24,606 nt of DNA from a virus (Duplodnaviria; Caudoviricetes), in IMG/VR virus record IMGVR_UViG_3300030708_000791, positions 1-24,606 of that record; one strand, given 5' to 3'. The notes beneath the pieces are model-generated. The model had not been told where the DNA came from and did no database searches. It saw only the letters and a list, made by a program, of their open reading frames with translations. The translations under genes were made by a program, and so were the position numbers. Of this stretch, positions 8,514 through 18,955 are shown piece after piece (positions within the stretch are counted from its first letter, which is position 1; each line of letters begins with the position of its first letter).

Positions 8514-11500
8514 TGGCTGTAGAAGACGATAAAAAAATAATAATGCAGTAACTGAAGATTCTTTTTTTGTAGAAGCACCAAAACTTGCTTCACAATTTGA
8601 TGATGTAAATGTAATCTTTAACGTATCAAAAGAAAAAAAGAATGAAATAAAAGAAAAATATTACAACGACATACAAGATGGTAAAATAGAGGTGCCGTTT
8701 GGCTTAGATACTTTTAATTATGCTAATCAATTAGCCACGAGCGATATTTCAAAATTACAGAGAGAATTGAATGATGCAAAAGTTCAATATATATCAGATA
8801 TTTCTGGTTTAAACGTAACTAATGAATCTTTGCCAGCTGGTGAAAATATGTCCTTACACTTTTTACTTGGTAGAGATTTAGATTTTAAAAATAGAAGAAA
8901 AAGATTTTTAAAGTTTTTTCCTGAAGGTGAATTTACAAAAGTAACTATACCTATGGGTGGTGACACAACCGAAGATTTTGAAGTATTTAAATTACCTGGT
9001 GATAAAAATTATAGAATGTTTGACAGCATTGGTAATGATTATTTTTCAAATGAGCTTTTACAATTTGCTGGTTCGATGACTAACTTTCAAACTCTTGGTG
9101 ATGTATTAGGATCACTTTCTGCTTATTCTCAAAAAACACAAATACCTGTTTTAAAAGGCATAGGATTTGGCACAGACCTTACATTAAAAACTTTTAGAGC
9201 TATAGCAAACAATCCTTTATTTAGAGTTGGTTTTGGTAATCTATTTGGAAAAAATGTAGACCAAGCAGTTGACGCATATTATGGTTATGACAAAGGAGCT
9301 TTTGCACAGGAAGGAAGTGCACCTTTTTTATATAATTTTGCTAATTTTAACAATTTACAAGAAGCTGCTTTATCTGCTGGACTGTTTAAAGCATTTGATT
9401 TTATTCCTGCTTACCTTTCTGGTAATACAAAACTTGTAACTAAAAATCAAATAACAAAAGAAATAGCAGATATATCAAATAAATATAATTTACAACCAGC
9501 GATGGTTGGTCAATTAATTGCATCACCGTTTTTTAGAAGAACTTTTTTTCAATCAGCAGAATTTAATAGATTACCTAAAGAAAAATTTGCAAGCCAAATA
9601 AAATCTGCAACAGATTTACTAAATGAAATGGCCGATGGAAAAAAATTTACAATGGATTTAATTTTAGGTGCACAAAAAACATTAGAAGAAAATTATCAAA
9701 ACGCTTTATTAGGTGTTTTAAGAGGCAATATGGCACCTGATCAAGCAGCAGATGTTCTTAATGATGCTTTTGTAAAATGGAATACAGCGTCAAACAATTC
9801 AGTTAACCAAATAAGAGGTACAATTGCAGGTCTTGCATCAAAAAATGGAGAGTTAAACGGAGAAAATTTACTTATTCAACCTGTTCAAAACAGTATGAAA
9901 CAAAGTAAAAGAAATATTCAAGCGTATAACAAAGGTGAAAAAATAACGATCATAGATGACACGGATACTAAAAAAGTAATAGAGCCTAAAGTATATTTTG
10001 GAGGTAAGGACAAAGATTCAAAAATACTTCTTGAAATAATTAATGACTTTAATAAATTGCCAGGAGTTTTAAACTTTACAAATACTATAACTACTAGTCG
10101 TCATGTTAATAGTTTAATACAAGTACAAAGAGAATTATTTAAACTAAGATTTTCAGACAACCCTTTTGTAGCTTCCGAAGCTAGAACACTGCATAAAAAA
10201 ATTAAAAATGTTTTTAAAGATGCTGCCGAAGGCGCTGATGTGGATTCAGACATGGCCTTAAATATGCAAGCTTTATATAGTCAAATGGACGCCAACGAAA
10301 ATGTAAGAGGCATTAACTTTGTTGTTGATGCGATTACAAACAATAAAGCAAATGTAAGGACAGTCGTAAATGATTTTTTAACACCAGGAAACTTTCAAAT
10401 TCATTCTTTAAAAACTGTTTTAGATGAGACGGGATCTTCTGAAGCTTTTGGCATTGTCAAAGATTTGTGGCTAAGAAAAACTTTACAGGATCCTTCAAAA
10501 ACTGCATCTATTTTAGCAAAATGGCAAGCGGATGATCCGAACGGTCTAGCTTTGCTAATGGAAGGAGTAGACTATAAAACTATAGACGACATTGTAGAGT
10601 TAGGACTTAAAGCTAACTCAAATATATTTAAAGATACTATTAAAAACGGTGGAACAACAAATGAATTTATAAAAAGTGTATTACGAACTGTAAAAGCAGA
10701 TGATTTTGTAGGTAAACAAAAAGTTATAGATAATATAATTGCTGACTCAGGAGCCTTTGCTGATGGAAAAATAGATTATAATCATCCTTTTATGGTGTCT
10801 GCCAGACAGGGCATTTTACAAGAAATTTTTGAAAAAGCTATTAAGTTTCAAAGAGATTTAGATGGTATTAAAGTAGCTGATGGAGATTCTTTAAGTAATT
10901 TTTTTAAGTTAAATGCAAAACAAAATAAAGATGGTGATTTATTAACGCTACAACCTGAATTTGATATTACAAAAATAAACAAATTAATATCAAATTTGAA
11001 AAATGATGAAGCTTTAAGTAAATTTTTTACACCTAACCAATTAGAAAAAATAAGTGCTATAGATAGATACTTTACAATAATTAACTCAGCAAATCCTAAA
11101 GTAGGTTCAGTATTACAGCAAGCTGAGTTAGGTGCAGATTTAGTTCAAAATATGTTTAATGCTCCTGGGTTGTTTAATGTAGGCACAACTTTAATTAAGT
11201 ATGATATTTTAGCTAGAGCTTTATCTCAAGATGTTACACTTGACGTTTTATCATCTATTACAGAAGATCAATTAAGAAGTAATCCTTCGATGATAATAAA
11301 AGGTTTATTAACAAGCTTAACTAGAGATATTAAAGAGTATAGTAGTGATGATAAAAATTATTTAGAATCATTCGACAGTTACATGGAAATGTCTCCGGAT
11401 AAACCTCCTGAAGCATTATCAAATCAATTACCAAGTTTTGAAGACTTGTACGAAAATCAAAATACAAAACCTCTAGAGGTTACTTTAAATGCACCAGTTA

Positions 11501-11646
11501 ATGCGTCTACTTTAAGTAATTTAAATTTAGCTAATAATAGAATTAATACTAATACTGCTGCAGCAGGACAAAGAGTTTTTGGTACAGATGATCCTGTATT
11601 TAGTGGTATTGCAAATACTAATGTTGGAAGGCAGGTTGTTGCATAA
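8513..11646 (+). CDS. Largest putative internal virion protein. ORF track gives 8692-11646 (984 aa); the probable true start is ATG 8513 with a -1 frame break in the A7 run 8531-8537 (about 1044 aa)
   Basis: ATG 8513 overlaps the upstream stop (TAATG) and has an AGAGGA SD, but that frame stops at 8549-8551. The long frame is open from 8533 through GTG 8692 to 11646. Confidence 0.7.
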
Positions 11647-12233
11647 TGGGTATTTCATTTAAAACAACATACGATGATGAAGGTAATCCTATAAGACCTA
11701 AAATATCTAGTAACATGAGTTTCAAATCAGGAGACGTAGTTTCTGCTAACCCTGATAATCCTGACATGACTATTATAGAAAGACAAGGTCAAGGTATAAT
11801 GAATATTGATCCAACTAAGGAATCAGATGAGAATGACCAAATAAAGGCTTTAGAAATTATCAATAGTCTTGGTACAGGTATATTTGATGATCCTGATGCC
11901 TTTAAAAAAATTACAGAGCCTTTAAAAATGATACCTGCCATGACATCAGATCCTAACGATCCACGCAACATGTATCAAATGTTAGTAGCTAATTTGCTTG
12001 GTATAGACAGAGGTGCAAAAAGTCTTGATATTCCTGGAAGCAGTTTACAAATGCCAAATTTTGGTGAAGCTGGAAAAGAGTTTGCAATAAATGAATTAGG
12101 TGCAAAAGATATTGGTCAATTACTTACATCGCTATTCACACCTAGCATATTAAAATTTATTGGTATGGCTAATGAAAAAGATGAGCCAGAAGAAACAGAG
12201 GAGGAGAAAAAAAGATTTTTCTTTTTTAATTAG
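11646..12233 (+). CDS. Hypothetical acidic protein (possibly virion-associated), 195 aa
   Basis: TAATG-coupled ORF at the end of the structural operon; no recognised catalytic motif. Confidence 0.7.
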   Translation: MGISFKTTYDDEGNPIRPKISSNMSFKSGDVVSANPDNPDMTIIERQGQGIMNIDPTKESDENDQIKALEIINSLGTGIFDDPDAFKKITEPLKMIPAMTSDPNDPRNMYQMLVANLLGIDRGAKSLDIPGSSLQMPNFGEAGKEFAINELGAKDIGQLLTSLFTPSILKFIGMANEKDEPEETEEEKKRFFFFN

Positions 12234-12236
12234 GTA

Positions 12237-12458
12237 ATGGAAAAAGATTTTAATTTAAGAAATATTGTTTGGCTGAGCATGATACTTGTATCAGCAGGTT
12301 CTGTTTACGGTATGCTATCTCAACGTGTCACGGCTCTCGAATCAAAACAAGTAATGATGGAAAAAGCTATTTTAGAAGATATACCTGAAATAAAAGAAAG
12401 AATAATTAGACTAGAAACTAAAATAGAAATCCTTATTGATGAATTTAAAACAGATTAA
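12237..12458 (+). CDS. Small membrane protein (one TM helix plus coiled coil; holin-like candidate), 73 aa
   Basis: Hydrophobic IVWLSMILVSAGSVYGML followed by heptad-like RVTALE...IKERIIRLETKIEIL. Confidence 0.6.
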   Translation: MEKDFNLRNIVWLSMILVSAGSVYGMLSQRVTALESKQVMMEKAILEDIPEIKERIIRLETKIEILIDEFKTD

Positions 12459-12744
12459 AGGAGTAGTCAGCGAGCAACTGGTTATCACAGATCTTTTAAA
12501 AAAAGGTTTTTTTGTATTTACACCTTTACACAGACAATGCCCTGTAGACATAGTAGCAATCTCACCAAAAGGCAAATTACATTTATTTGACGTAAAAACA
12601 CAATCAATCAGAAAATCGGGAATACATAAAGGACATTTTATTCGTAGAATATTATCACCACTACAAAAAAAACTTAAAGTAAATTTAGTTTATGTAACAG
12701 AAGAACAAATTATCTATGGAAGTCTTAAATCAGCCATTCTCTAA
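12436..12744 (+). CDS. PD-(D/E)XK endonuclease (PDDEXK_5 / Holliday junction resolvase-like), 102 aa
   Basis: G..SE....DL...GF.VF.P....PVDIVA.......DVKT catalytic pattern. Confidence 0.8.
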   Translation: MMNLKQIKGVVSEQLVITDLLKKGFFVFTPLHRQCPVDIVAISPKGKLHLFDVKTQSIRKSGIHKGHFIRRILSPLQKKLKVNLVYVTEEQIIYGSLKSAIL

Positions 12745-14158
12745 AATCTTCACCTAAAACTTTAGTTGCAATATTTATTTTATTGCGCAAAGATTTTATA
12801 ATTTTTTCGTCTACTGTTTTTTCTGCTATAAAATCAACATAAGTAACTTTTTTATTTTGACCAATTCTATGTGCTCTGTCTTCTGATTGCATACGAACTT
12901 CTAAATCGTAACTATTACTAAAATAAATGATAGTATTGCTAGCAGTAAGAGTAAGTCCATAACCTCCCGTTCTTGGGTTTCCGACGAAGTACCGTAAATC
13001 GCTTTCTCTATCTTGAAAAGCAGTAACGATATCCTGACGATCTGCATCAACAGTATCGCCATAATAAGATTTGACAGAGTTCTCTCCGTATCTTTGTGCA
13101 ATCGCTTCTTCAATTTTTTTAATATCATGCCTGTAAACGGCCCAAATAATGACTTTTCCATCTATCTCCTCCAGTGTGTTTAACAATTCATTAATTCTAT
13201 TATTTTTTAATTCTACTGTTTTACCTTCATCTGTAATTAAATGGCCACAAGTAATTTGATGTAATTTAATCATTTGAGTCAAGATACCTGCAGCTGTTAC
13301 TGTTTCTTTTTCCAAAATAGATATAGCAAAATTTTTCATTTCTACATACGCTTTCTTTTGTTCTGGCGTCATCTCAATATACCTTTTTGTGTATATTTTA
13401 TCTGGAAGATCTAAACATTCAGATTTGAGGACACGATAAGAGAATTGATTTAACTTATGCTCAAGTTCGTCAAGTCGTTGATAATCTACTATTTGTTTGA
13501 ATGAATGAGTGGCTACACTCCTACTTATCATCACAGCATATCTGTTTTTAAAAGAATAATAAGAGGCATGACCCAACAATTCGGGATCAAGAAAATAACA
13601 TTGTGTATATAAATCTAAAGGGCTTTTAGTAACAGGAGAACCAGTTAATATTCTTCTGTATTTCGCTAGGGTTCGTAAACTACATACTGTTTTAGTTCTT
13701 TTAGCTGTAGGTGATTTTATAGTTGTTGATTCGTCTATAGCCATTAAACATTGAGTTACTGTTAAAAAACGTTTGCAAATTTCTGCTCCTTTAGATGTAC
13801 TAAACGCATCAATATTAATTAAAAATATTTTAAGATTATCTTGGTCTTTTATAAAAGCACCATAATCTTTTAAAAATTTTGTAGAGGTTGGATTCCAAAC
13901 TAAAATTTTATATGGGACATGCTCTGGCATATGTGTGGGTATCTCTTGTTTTTCCCAGTTTCTATAAACCCCTTTTGGTGCAACAATTACAGCTGCATTA
14001 ATTTTACCCTTGTCATGCAACATTGCAATATTATCAATTAAAACTTTAGATTTACCCGTGCCCATTTCCATAAATAAAGCAAAATTTTCTTTATTATGTG
14101 AGGCTCCAAGAGCTTTTAACTGATGTTCGTAAGGAACAGTCTTAAATTTATAATCCAT
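12725..14158 (-). CDS. SNF2-family (SF2) helicase, 477 aa
   Basis: MEMGTGKS (motif I), DEST (II), LTGSP (III), GGYGLTL (V), QSEDRAHRIGQ (VI). Confidence 0.92.
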   Translation of the reverse strand: MDYKFKTVPYEHQLKALGASHNKENFALFMEMGTGKSKVLIDNIAMLHDKGKINAAVIVAPKGVYRNWEKQEIPTHMPEHVPYKILVWNPTSTKFLKDYGAFIKDQDNLKIFLINIDAFSTSKGAEICKRFLTVTQCLMAIDESTTIKSPTAKRTKTVCSLRTLAKYRRILTGSPVTKSPLDLYTQCYFLDPELLGHASYYSFKNRYAVMISRSVATHSFKQIVDYQRLDELEHKLNQFSYRVLKSECLDLPDKIYTKRYIEMTPEQKKAYVEMKNFAISILEKETVTAAGILTQMIKLHQITCGHLITDEGKTVELKNNRINELLNTLEEIDGKVIIWAVYRHDIKKIEEAIAQRYGENSVKSYYGDTVDADRQDIVTAFQDRESDLRYFVGNPRTGGYGLTLTASNTIIYFSNSYDLEVRMQSEDRAHRIGQNKKVTYVDFIAEKTVDEKIIKSLRNKINIATKVLGEDFREWLI

Positions 14159-14239
14159 TATATCCTATTATTATTTCTAATTTTAGAATATAATACTTGA
14201 TTAAATATAAAACAACCATTATTTGCACAATTAGAAAGT
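14159..14239. promoter_or_regulatory. Divergent promoter region between the SNF2 helicase and the replication operon
   Basis: 81-bp AT-rich gap between divergent starts. Minus strand has TTGTTT-17-TATATT. Contains palindrome TTCTAA-TT-TTAGAA (14175-14188) and inverted 9-mer TTTCTAATT (14174-14182) / AATTAGAAA (14229-14237). Confidence 0.6.
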
Positions 14240-14566
14240 ATGACAGTTTACGTAATACAAGAAGTTAAAGGCAGAAACATTTTACCTGCTAAAGAGTATG
14301 GTGATTTAGTCCTTTTATTATCGGAGGGATCACAAGTTGTTTTAAGTAGTCAACCAACTGTTAGTAAATTACGCAGAAAACTGCGTGATTACAATGATAA
14401 TGATTATTTATTGTTAATGGGTGATCCTGTAGCCATGGGAATTGCATGCGCTATTGCTTCTGACGTAAATCGTGGTAGAATACAATGTTTAAAATGGGAT
14501 AAGATGGAAATGAGATACTATCCTGTTAAATTTAATCTTTTTGAGAAAGGAGAGATTGATGATTAA
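14240..14566 (+). CDS. Conserved phage hypothetical protein (alpha/beta), 108 aa
   Basis: VYVIQE...NI..A.EYG...DYLLL.GDP...LKWD...YYP pattern; first gene of the replication operon. Confidence 0.8.
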   Translation: MTVYVIQEVKGRNILPAKEYGDLVLLLSEGSQVVLSSQPTVSKLRRKLRDYNDNDYLLLMGDPVAMGIACAIASDVNRGRIQCLKWDKMEMRYYPVKFNLFEKGEIDD

Positions 14567-15101
14567 TTTTGAAAAAGACGTCAACATAGACGTAAAAGAC
14601 GATGCTTTAAAAGAGATTAGTGAACTTTCACAAAAGTTAGTTGATCTTGATGAAGAAAGTGCTATGCTAGAAAAAGCACTTAAGAAAGTAAAAGAAGATG
14701 CAAGAAAGATTAGTGAAGAGGTTATACCAGAAAAAATGAATGAGATGAATTTAACAAGTTTATCATTAAAAGATGGTTCAAAACTTGAAGTTGTACCAGC
14801 TATCTATGCATCGATACCTGCAAAATATAAAGAGGATGCTTTTCAATGGCTCAGGGACCACGGACATGGTGATTTAATTAAGAACCAATTGTCTGCATCA
14901 TTTGGTCGAGGAGAAGATGATAAAGCTGAAGATTTTAAACACAAAGTTTCTGAATTGGGATTACCAGTTCAACAAAAGGTTTGGGTCGAACCTATGACCC
15001 TAAAGGCTTTTGTTCGTGAGCAAGTTACTAAAGGTAACGAAATACCCATGGACAAATTTGGCGTCTTTGTTGGTTCAAAGACTAAATTGAGTAAAAAATA
15101 A
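14559..15101 (+). CDS. Conserved replication-module protein (coiled coil plus A..WLR..G.GDLIKN / V.P.TLKA motifs), 180 aa
   Basis: Start moved from TTG 14541 to ATG 14559 because AGGAG lies just upstream of it and it overlaps the upstream stop. Confidence 0.75.
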   Translation: MINFEKDVNIDVKDDALKEISELSQKLVDLDEESAMLEKALKKVKEDARKISEEVIPEKMNEMNLTSLSLKDGSKLEVVPAIYASIPAKYKEDAFQWLRDHGHGDLIKNQLSASFGRGEDDKAEDFKHKVSELGLPVQQKVWVEPMTLKAFVREQVTKGNEIPMDKFGVFVGSKTKLSKK

Positions 15102-15115
15102 GAAACGAGGTAAAT

Positions 15116-15883
15116 ATGAATAATGCTGTAAGTAAAAAGAAAACTGCAGAAATTATACCTTTTTCAAATATGTTTGAAGAAGATAAACTTAAAGGTTTTG
15201 AATCTATGTCAGAATCTGATCAGGCGACACCAAGAATAAAAGTTCTACAGCCTTTATCAGAGGAACTTGAAGATTTAGAAAATGCAAAACCTGGTGACAT
15301 ATATAATAATGTTACCAATGAATATGTAAAAGGTAAAGATGGTATTGTTGTAATACCATGTGCTTACACAAGACAATACGTCGAGTGGAAAGACAGGGGT
15401 AAAGAAAGTTTAGGTGCGCCTGTAAACATTTATCCAGCTGGGTCTGATATTCTTACAAAAACAACAAGAGATCAAATGAACAAGGATAGACTTGATAATG
15501 GTAATTATGTTGAAACATGTGCCAATCATTTTGTATTAGTTGTTAAAGATGGTATCGCAGAACCTGCTGTGATTACAATGAAAGCAACTCAATTAAAAAA
15601 ATCACGTAAGTGGAACACTATGATGTCAACTGTAAAAATTGAAGGGCAAAATGGTCTATTCACTCCTCCAATGTTTTCTAAATTTTATAATTTAAAAACT
15701 ATTAAAGAAGAGAATGATCAAGGCTTTTGGTTTGGTTGGGACATCACTGCAGGAGAATTTTTATCTGAAAAAGATAAAGATCTTTATGCGATGGCAAAAA
15801 CATTTAGTGTTGACGTTGCAAAAGGAGATACTCAAGTCAAACATGAGCTTGAGTCCGATACTAAAAAGGCTTCACCATACTAA
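15116..15883 (+). CDS. Putative single-stranded DNA-binding / annealing protein, 255 aa
   Basis: GAGG SD; P.IKVLQ..S, YVEW, I.MK.TQLKKSRKWN, N..G.W.GW motifs; short C-terminal aromatic tail; followed by a terminator and the primase gene. Function inferred from context. Confidence 0.6.
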   Translation: MNNAVSKKKTAEIIPFSNMFEEDKLKGFESMSESDQATPRIKVLQPLSEELEDLENAKPGDIYNNVTNEYVKGKDGIVVIPCAYTRQYVEWKDRGKESLGAPVNIYPAGSDILTKTTRDQMNKDRLDNGNYVETCANHFVLVVKDGIAEPAVITMKATQLKKSRKWNTMMSTVKIEGQNGLFTPPMFSKFYNLKTIKEENDQGFWFGWDITAGEFLSEKDKDLYAMAKTFSVDVAKGDTQVKHELESDTKKASPY

Positions 15884-15889
15884 ATAACT

Positions 15890-15911
15890 AGGCGCCTTCG
15901 GGCGCCTTTTT
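15890..15911 (+). terminator. Rho-independent terminator with cUUCGg tetraloop
   Basis: AGGCGCC-TTCG-GGCGCCT followed by TTTT, 6 nt after the SSB stop. Confidence 0.9.
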
Positions 15912-15917
15912 AAATTT

Positions 15918-17432
15918 ATGGAGAAATTTAGAGAAGTCTTTAGGGGACAAGAGCGTGCCCATGGTTGTTACATTAAAGGTGACATTAATGAAAAGGGTAA
16001 GCAAACAGGTGAGTCTCGTATTGTTAGGTTGTATCCACAACCCGATAGTTTATGGGAAGAACACTTGTCTGGTGTTAATAGTCTTGGAATAATCCCTATA
16101 AATGATGATAATGAGTGTCAGTGGGGATGTATTGACATTGATCAATATCCTTTAGATCATAAAAAAATTGTTGATCAAATAAGAAAAGAAAAGTTTCCTT
16201 TAATTGTGTGTCGATCAAAAAGTGGGGGTGCACATATTTTTAGTTTTGTTAAATCATTCATACCTGCTAAAGTTATGCGCCAAAAGTTACAACAGATTAG
16301 TGGAGAGTTAGGTTATGCAGGATCTGAGATATTTCCAAAACAAGAAAAAATTGAAAAAGAACGTGGAGATGTTGGTAATTTCCTCAATCTCCCTTACTTT
16401 GGTGGCACTGATAACAATCGTTACGCTTTTCTTGATGACGGCACTGCAGCTACTTTGGACGAGTTTCTCGATCTTGTTACTAAGTACAGAGTATCTAAAG
16501 AAGATTTTGAAAAGATAAAACTTTCTAAAAAGAAAAACTTTAAAGAGATGTCAGATGGTCCACCCTGCTTAGAAACTCTTATGTCTCAAAAAGTCCAAGA
16601 GGGTGGTAGGGACAATGTATTATTTCATTATGCTGTATATGCCAAGAAAAAATATCCAAAAGAATGGCAGGATAAAGTTAACGAGTTCAACGAAAAATAC
16701 ATGGCTAAAAAATTATCAATGTCAGAAGTTACTAAAACCATAAATCAACATGCTGAAAAAGATTATAATTATACATGTAAGGTAGAACCTATGTGTCAAT
16801 TTTGTAACAGTAGTGTGTGCAGAACTAAAAAGTTTGGTATTGGTGACGGGTTTGAAAATGAATTTGATGACTTAACAAAGTATCAATCAGATGAATCACA
16901 ATGGTTTATTACAGTTGATGGTAAACGTTTAAGTTTATCAAACAATGAATTGTATGATCAAAACTTGTTTCGTAAAGCATGTATGGGTAGAATTAATATT
17001 TTACCAAATGCTCTGAATCCTAGAGATTGGACCACGAAACTGCAACAATTATTATCAGATGTGAAGATTATACAGATGCCATTAGAGGTTACAGCTACAG
17101 GAAGATTTTATGAATTACTTGAAGAATTTATCACGGATCAAGGAGATGCACAGGATTGGGAGGGTTTACGATTAGGTCAAGCATTATATAAAGATGAAAA
17201 AATATATTTTAGATTAGAAGCTCTTGTAGAATTTCTCACAAAGAAACAATTTAAAACATTTAATCCTACACAAATTGTTACTAGTATCAGAGGTTTGAAT
17301 GGAGATAGTGGAACTGTACGTTTAAATGGTAAAGTTCGTAGAGTATGGTATGTTCCAAAAATGTTTGCACAAATGGATAAAGATCAGTATTTACATCCAA
17401 AACCAAACATGGAAGAAGAGACACCTTTCTAA
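15918..17432 (+). CDS. AEP-superfamily primase-polymerase with PriCT-like domain and Cys cluster, 504 aa
   Basis: W..HL.G..SLGI, CIDID (DxD), RSKSGGAH, EIFPKQ, GNFLNLPY, PPC, GGRDN.LF, then C-x5-C-x2-C-x4-C. No Walker A seen. Confidence 0.85.
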   Translation: MEKFREVFRGQERAHGCYIKGDINEKGKQTGESRIVRLYPQPDSLWEEHLSGVNSLGIIPINDDNECQWGCIDIDQYPLDHKKIVDQIRKEKFPLIVCRSKSGGAHIFSFVKSFIPAKVMRQKLQQISGELGYAGSEIFPKQEKIEKERGDVGNFLNLPYFGGTDNNRYAFLDDGTAATLDEFLDLVTKYRVSKEDFEKIKLSKKKNFKEMSDGPPCLETLMSQKVQEGGRDNVLFHYAVYAKKKYPKEWQDKVNEFNEKYMAKKLSMSEVTKTINQHAEKDYNYTCKVEPMCQFCNSSVCRTKKFGIGDGFENEFDDLTKYQSDESQWFITVDGKRLSLSNNELYDQNLFRKACMGRINILPNALNPRDWTTKLQQLLSDVKIIQMPLEVTATGRFYELLEEFITDQGDAQDWEGLRLGQALYKDEKIYFRLEALVEFLTKKQFKTFNPTQIVTSIRGLNGDSGTVRLNGKVRRVWYVPKMFAQMDKDQYLHPKPNMEEETPF

Positions 17433-18955
17433 TGATTAATTTAATTTTTGGTCCTCCAGGCACAGGTAAAACTACTTACCTACTTAATGAAGTTGTTGCT
17501 AAAGAATTAAAAAATACTGCACCAGATAAAATAGGTTACTTTGCTTTTACTCAAAAAGCTGCACAAGAAGCATTACAAAGAGCGCTTCGTGATTTTCCAA
17601 AACAAGATGCAGATGATTTTAAATATTTTAGAACGTTACACAGTTTAGCTTTTCATGCATTAGGTTTAGCTGAATCTGATGTTATGAATGATGAAGATTA
17701 TCGTTTCGTATCACAGCAATTGCAAGTTAAGTTAACTAACCCTAATGGTGAAGTTTTAGGTTATGGTGTTTCATCCCCTAATGATATTTTTATGCGAGTC
17801 ATTGATATGGCTAAAATAAATGGTGCCAAACTTTACGATCAATTTTTAAAAAGTGGGCACATGCAAGGTGGTTGGCCCAAGTTAAAATTAATTGGTGAAA
17901 CGTTACATGATTATAAGTTTGGTTCTATGCGTAAATTTAAATACGATTTTACTGACATGATTGTTGAATTTTTAAAAGAGGATATCGCACCACGGCTCGA
18001 TGTATTAATCATCGATGAAGCGCAAGATCTATCTTTTATACAATGGCAAATGGTTGATAAACTTGCAGAAAAAGCAAAACGAATTTACATTGCCGGTGAT
18101 GATGACCAGGCAATATTTCAGTGGGCAGGTGCTAAAAGTGAATACTTATTAAATAAAGAAGGCAATAGAATTGTTCTTAATAAATCATACCGCTTACCAA
18201 TAAAGATACAAGAGCGTGCAGTAAATTTAATAAACCGTGTAAAGAATAGAGTTGAAAAACAATGGTCTCCAAAAGAAGAAGAGGGAACCATTGTACATTT
18301 ACCACGAAGAAATTTTGATCATTTGAAAACAGGAAACTGGTTGATCCTTGGCAGAACAAATTATTTTTTAGATCAAATTGAAGATGATTTAAAATTACTT
18401 GGTTATTATTATCACCGTGCAGGTAAAAGTTCTATTGGTAAGAGATTAATGAACGCTATTAATGGATGGCGTATGTTACAGCAAGGTAGTTTCATTGACC
18501 ATGATACATTAAAAGATGTTTATTATTACATGGGCGCTAATGTTGGTGTTGAGCGTGGCTATAAAAATTTAGTTGGTGTCGATCAAGATGAAACATTTAG
18601 CTATAATCAATTGAAAGAAAACAATGGTTTACGAGTGCCGAAAGAATATTCATGGCACGAAGCTCTAGATAAAGTACCAGAATACAAGAAAGCTTATGTA
18701 TCTGACGTGATACGAAGAGAAGGTAGCTTTCATCCCGTACCACGGATCACGCTCTCTACGGTACATGGTAGTAAAGGCGGTGAAGCAGATAATGTGATGA
18801 TACTATCAGATCTATCTCGTAAAGCAGATGAATCGTATTGGAGAGATAAAGACGATGAACGAAGAGTTTTTTATGTTGCCCTGACAAGAGCAAAAAAGAG
18901 TTTGTATCTTGTGCGATCAAAAACAAATAGAGAATTTAGAGAAGTGTTTGTGTGA
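17432..18955 (+). CDS. UvrD/Rep-like SF1 DNA helicase, 507 aa
   Basis: GPPGTGKT, TLHS, IDEAQD, GDDDQAIF, SYR, STVHGSKGGE and YVALTRAK motifs. Confidence 0.93.
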   Translation: MINLIFGPPGTGKTTYLLNEVVAKELKNTAPDKIGYFAFTQKAAQEALQRALRDFPKQDADDFKYFRTLHSLAFHALGLAESDVMNDEDYRFVSQQLQVKLTNPNGEVLGYGVSSPNDIFMRVIDMAKINGAKLYDQFLKSGHMQGGWPKLKLIGETLHDYKFGSMRKFKYDFTDMIVEFLKEDIAPRLDVLIIDEAQDLSFIQWQMVDKLAEKAKRIYIAGDDDQAIFQWAGAKSEYLLNKEGNRIVLNKSYRLPIKIQERAVNLINRVKNRVEKQWSPKEEEGTIVHLPRRNFDHLKTGNWLILGRTNYFLDQIEDDLKLLGYYYHRAGKSSIGKRLMNAINGWRMLQQGSFIDHDTLKDVYYYMGANVGVERGYKNLVGVDQDETFSYNQLKENNGLRVPKEYSWHEALDKVPEYKKAYVSDVIRREGSFHPVPRITLSTVHGSKGGEADNVMILSDLSRKADESYWRDKDDERRVFYVALTRAKKSLYLVRSKTNREFREVFV

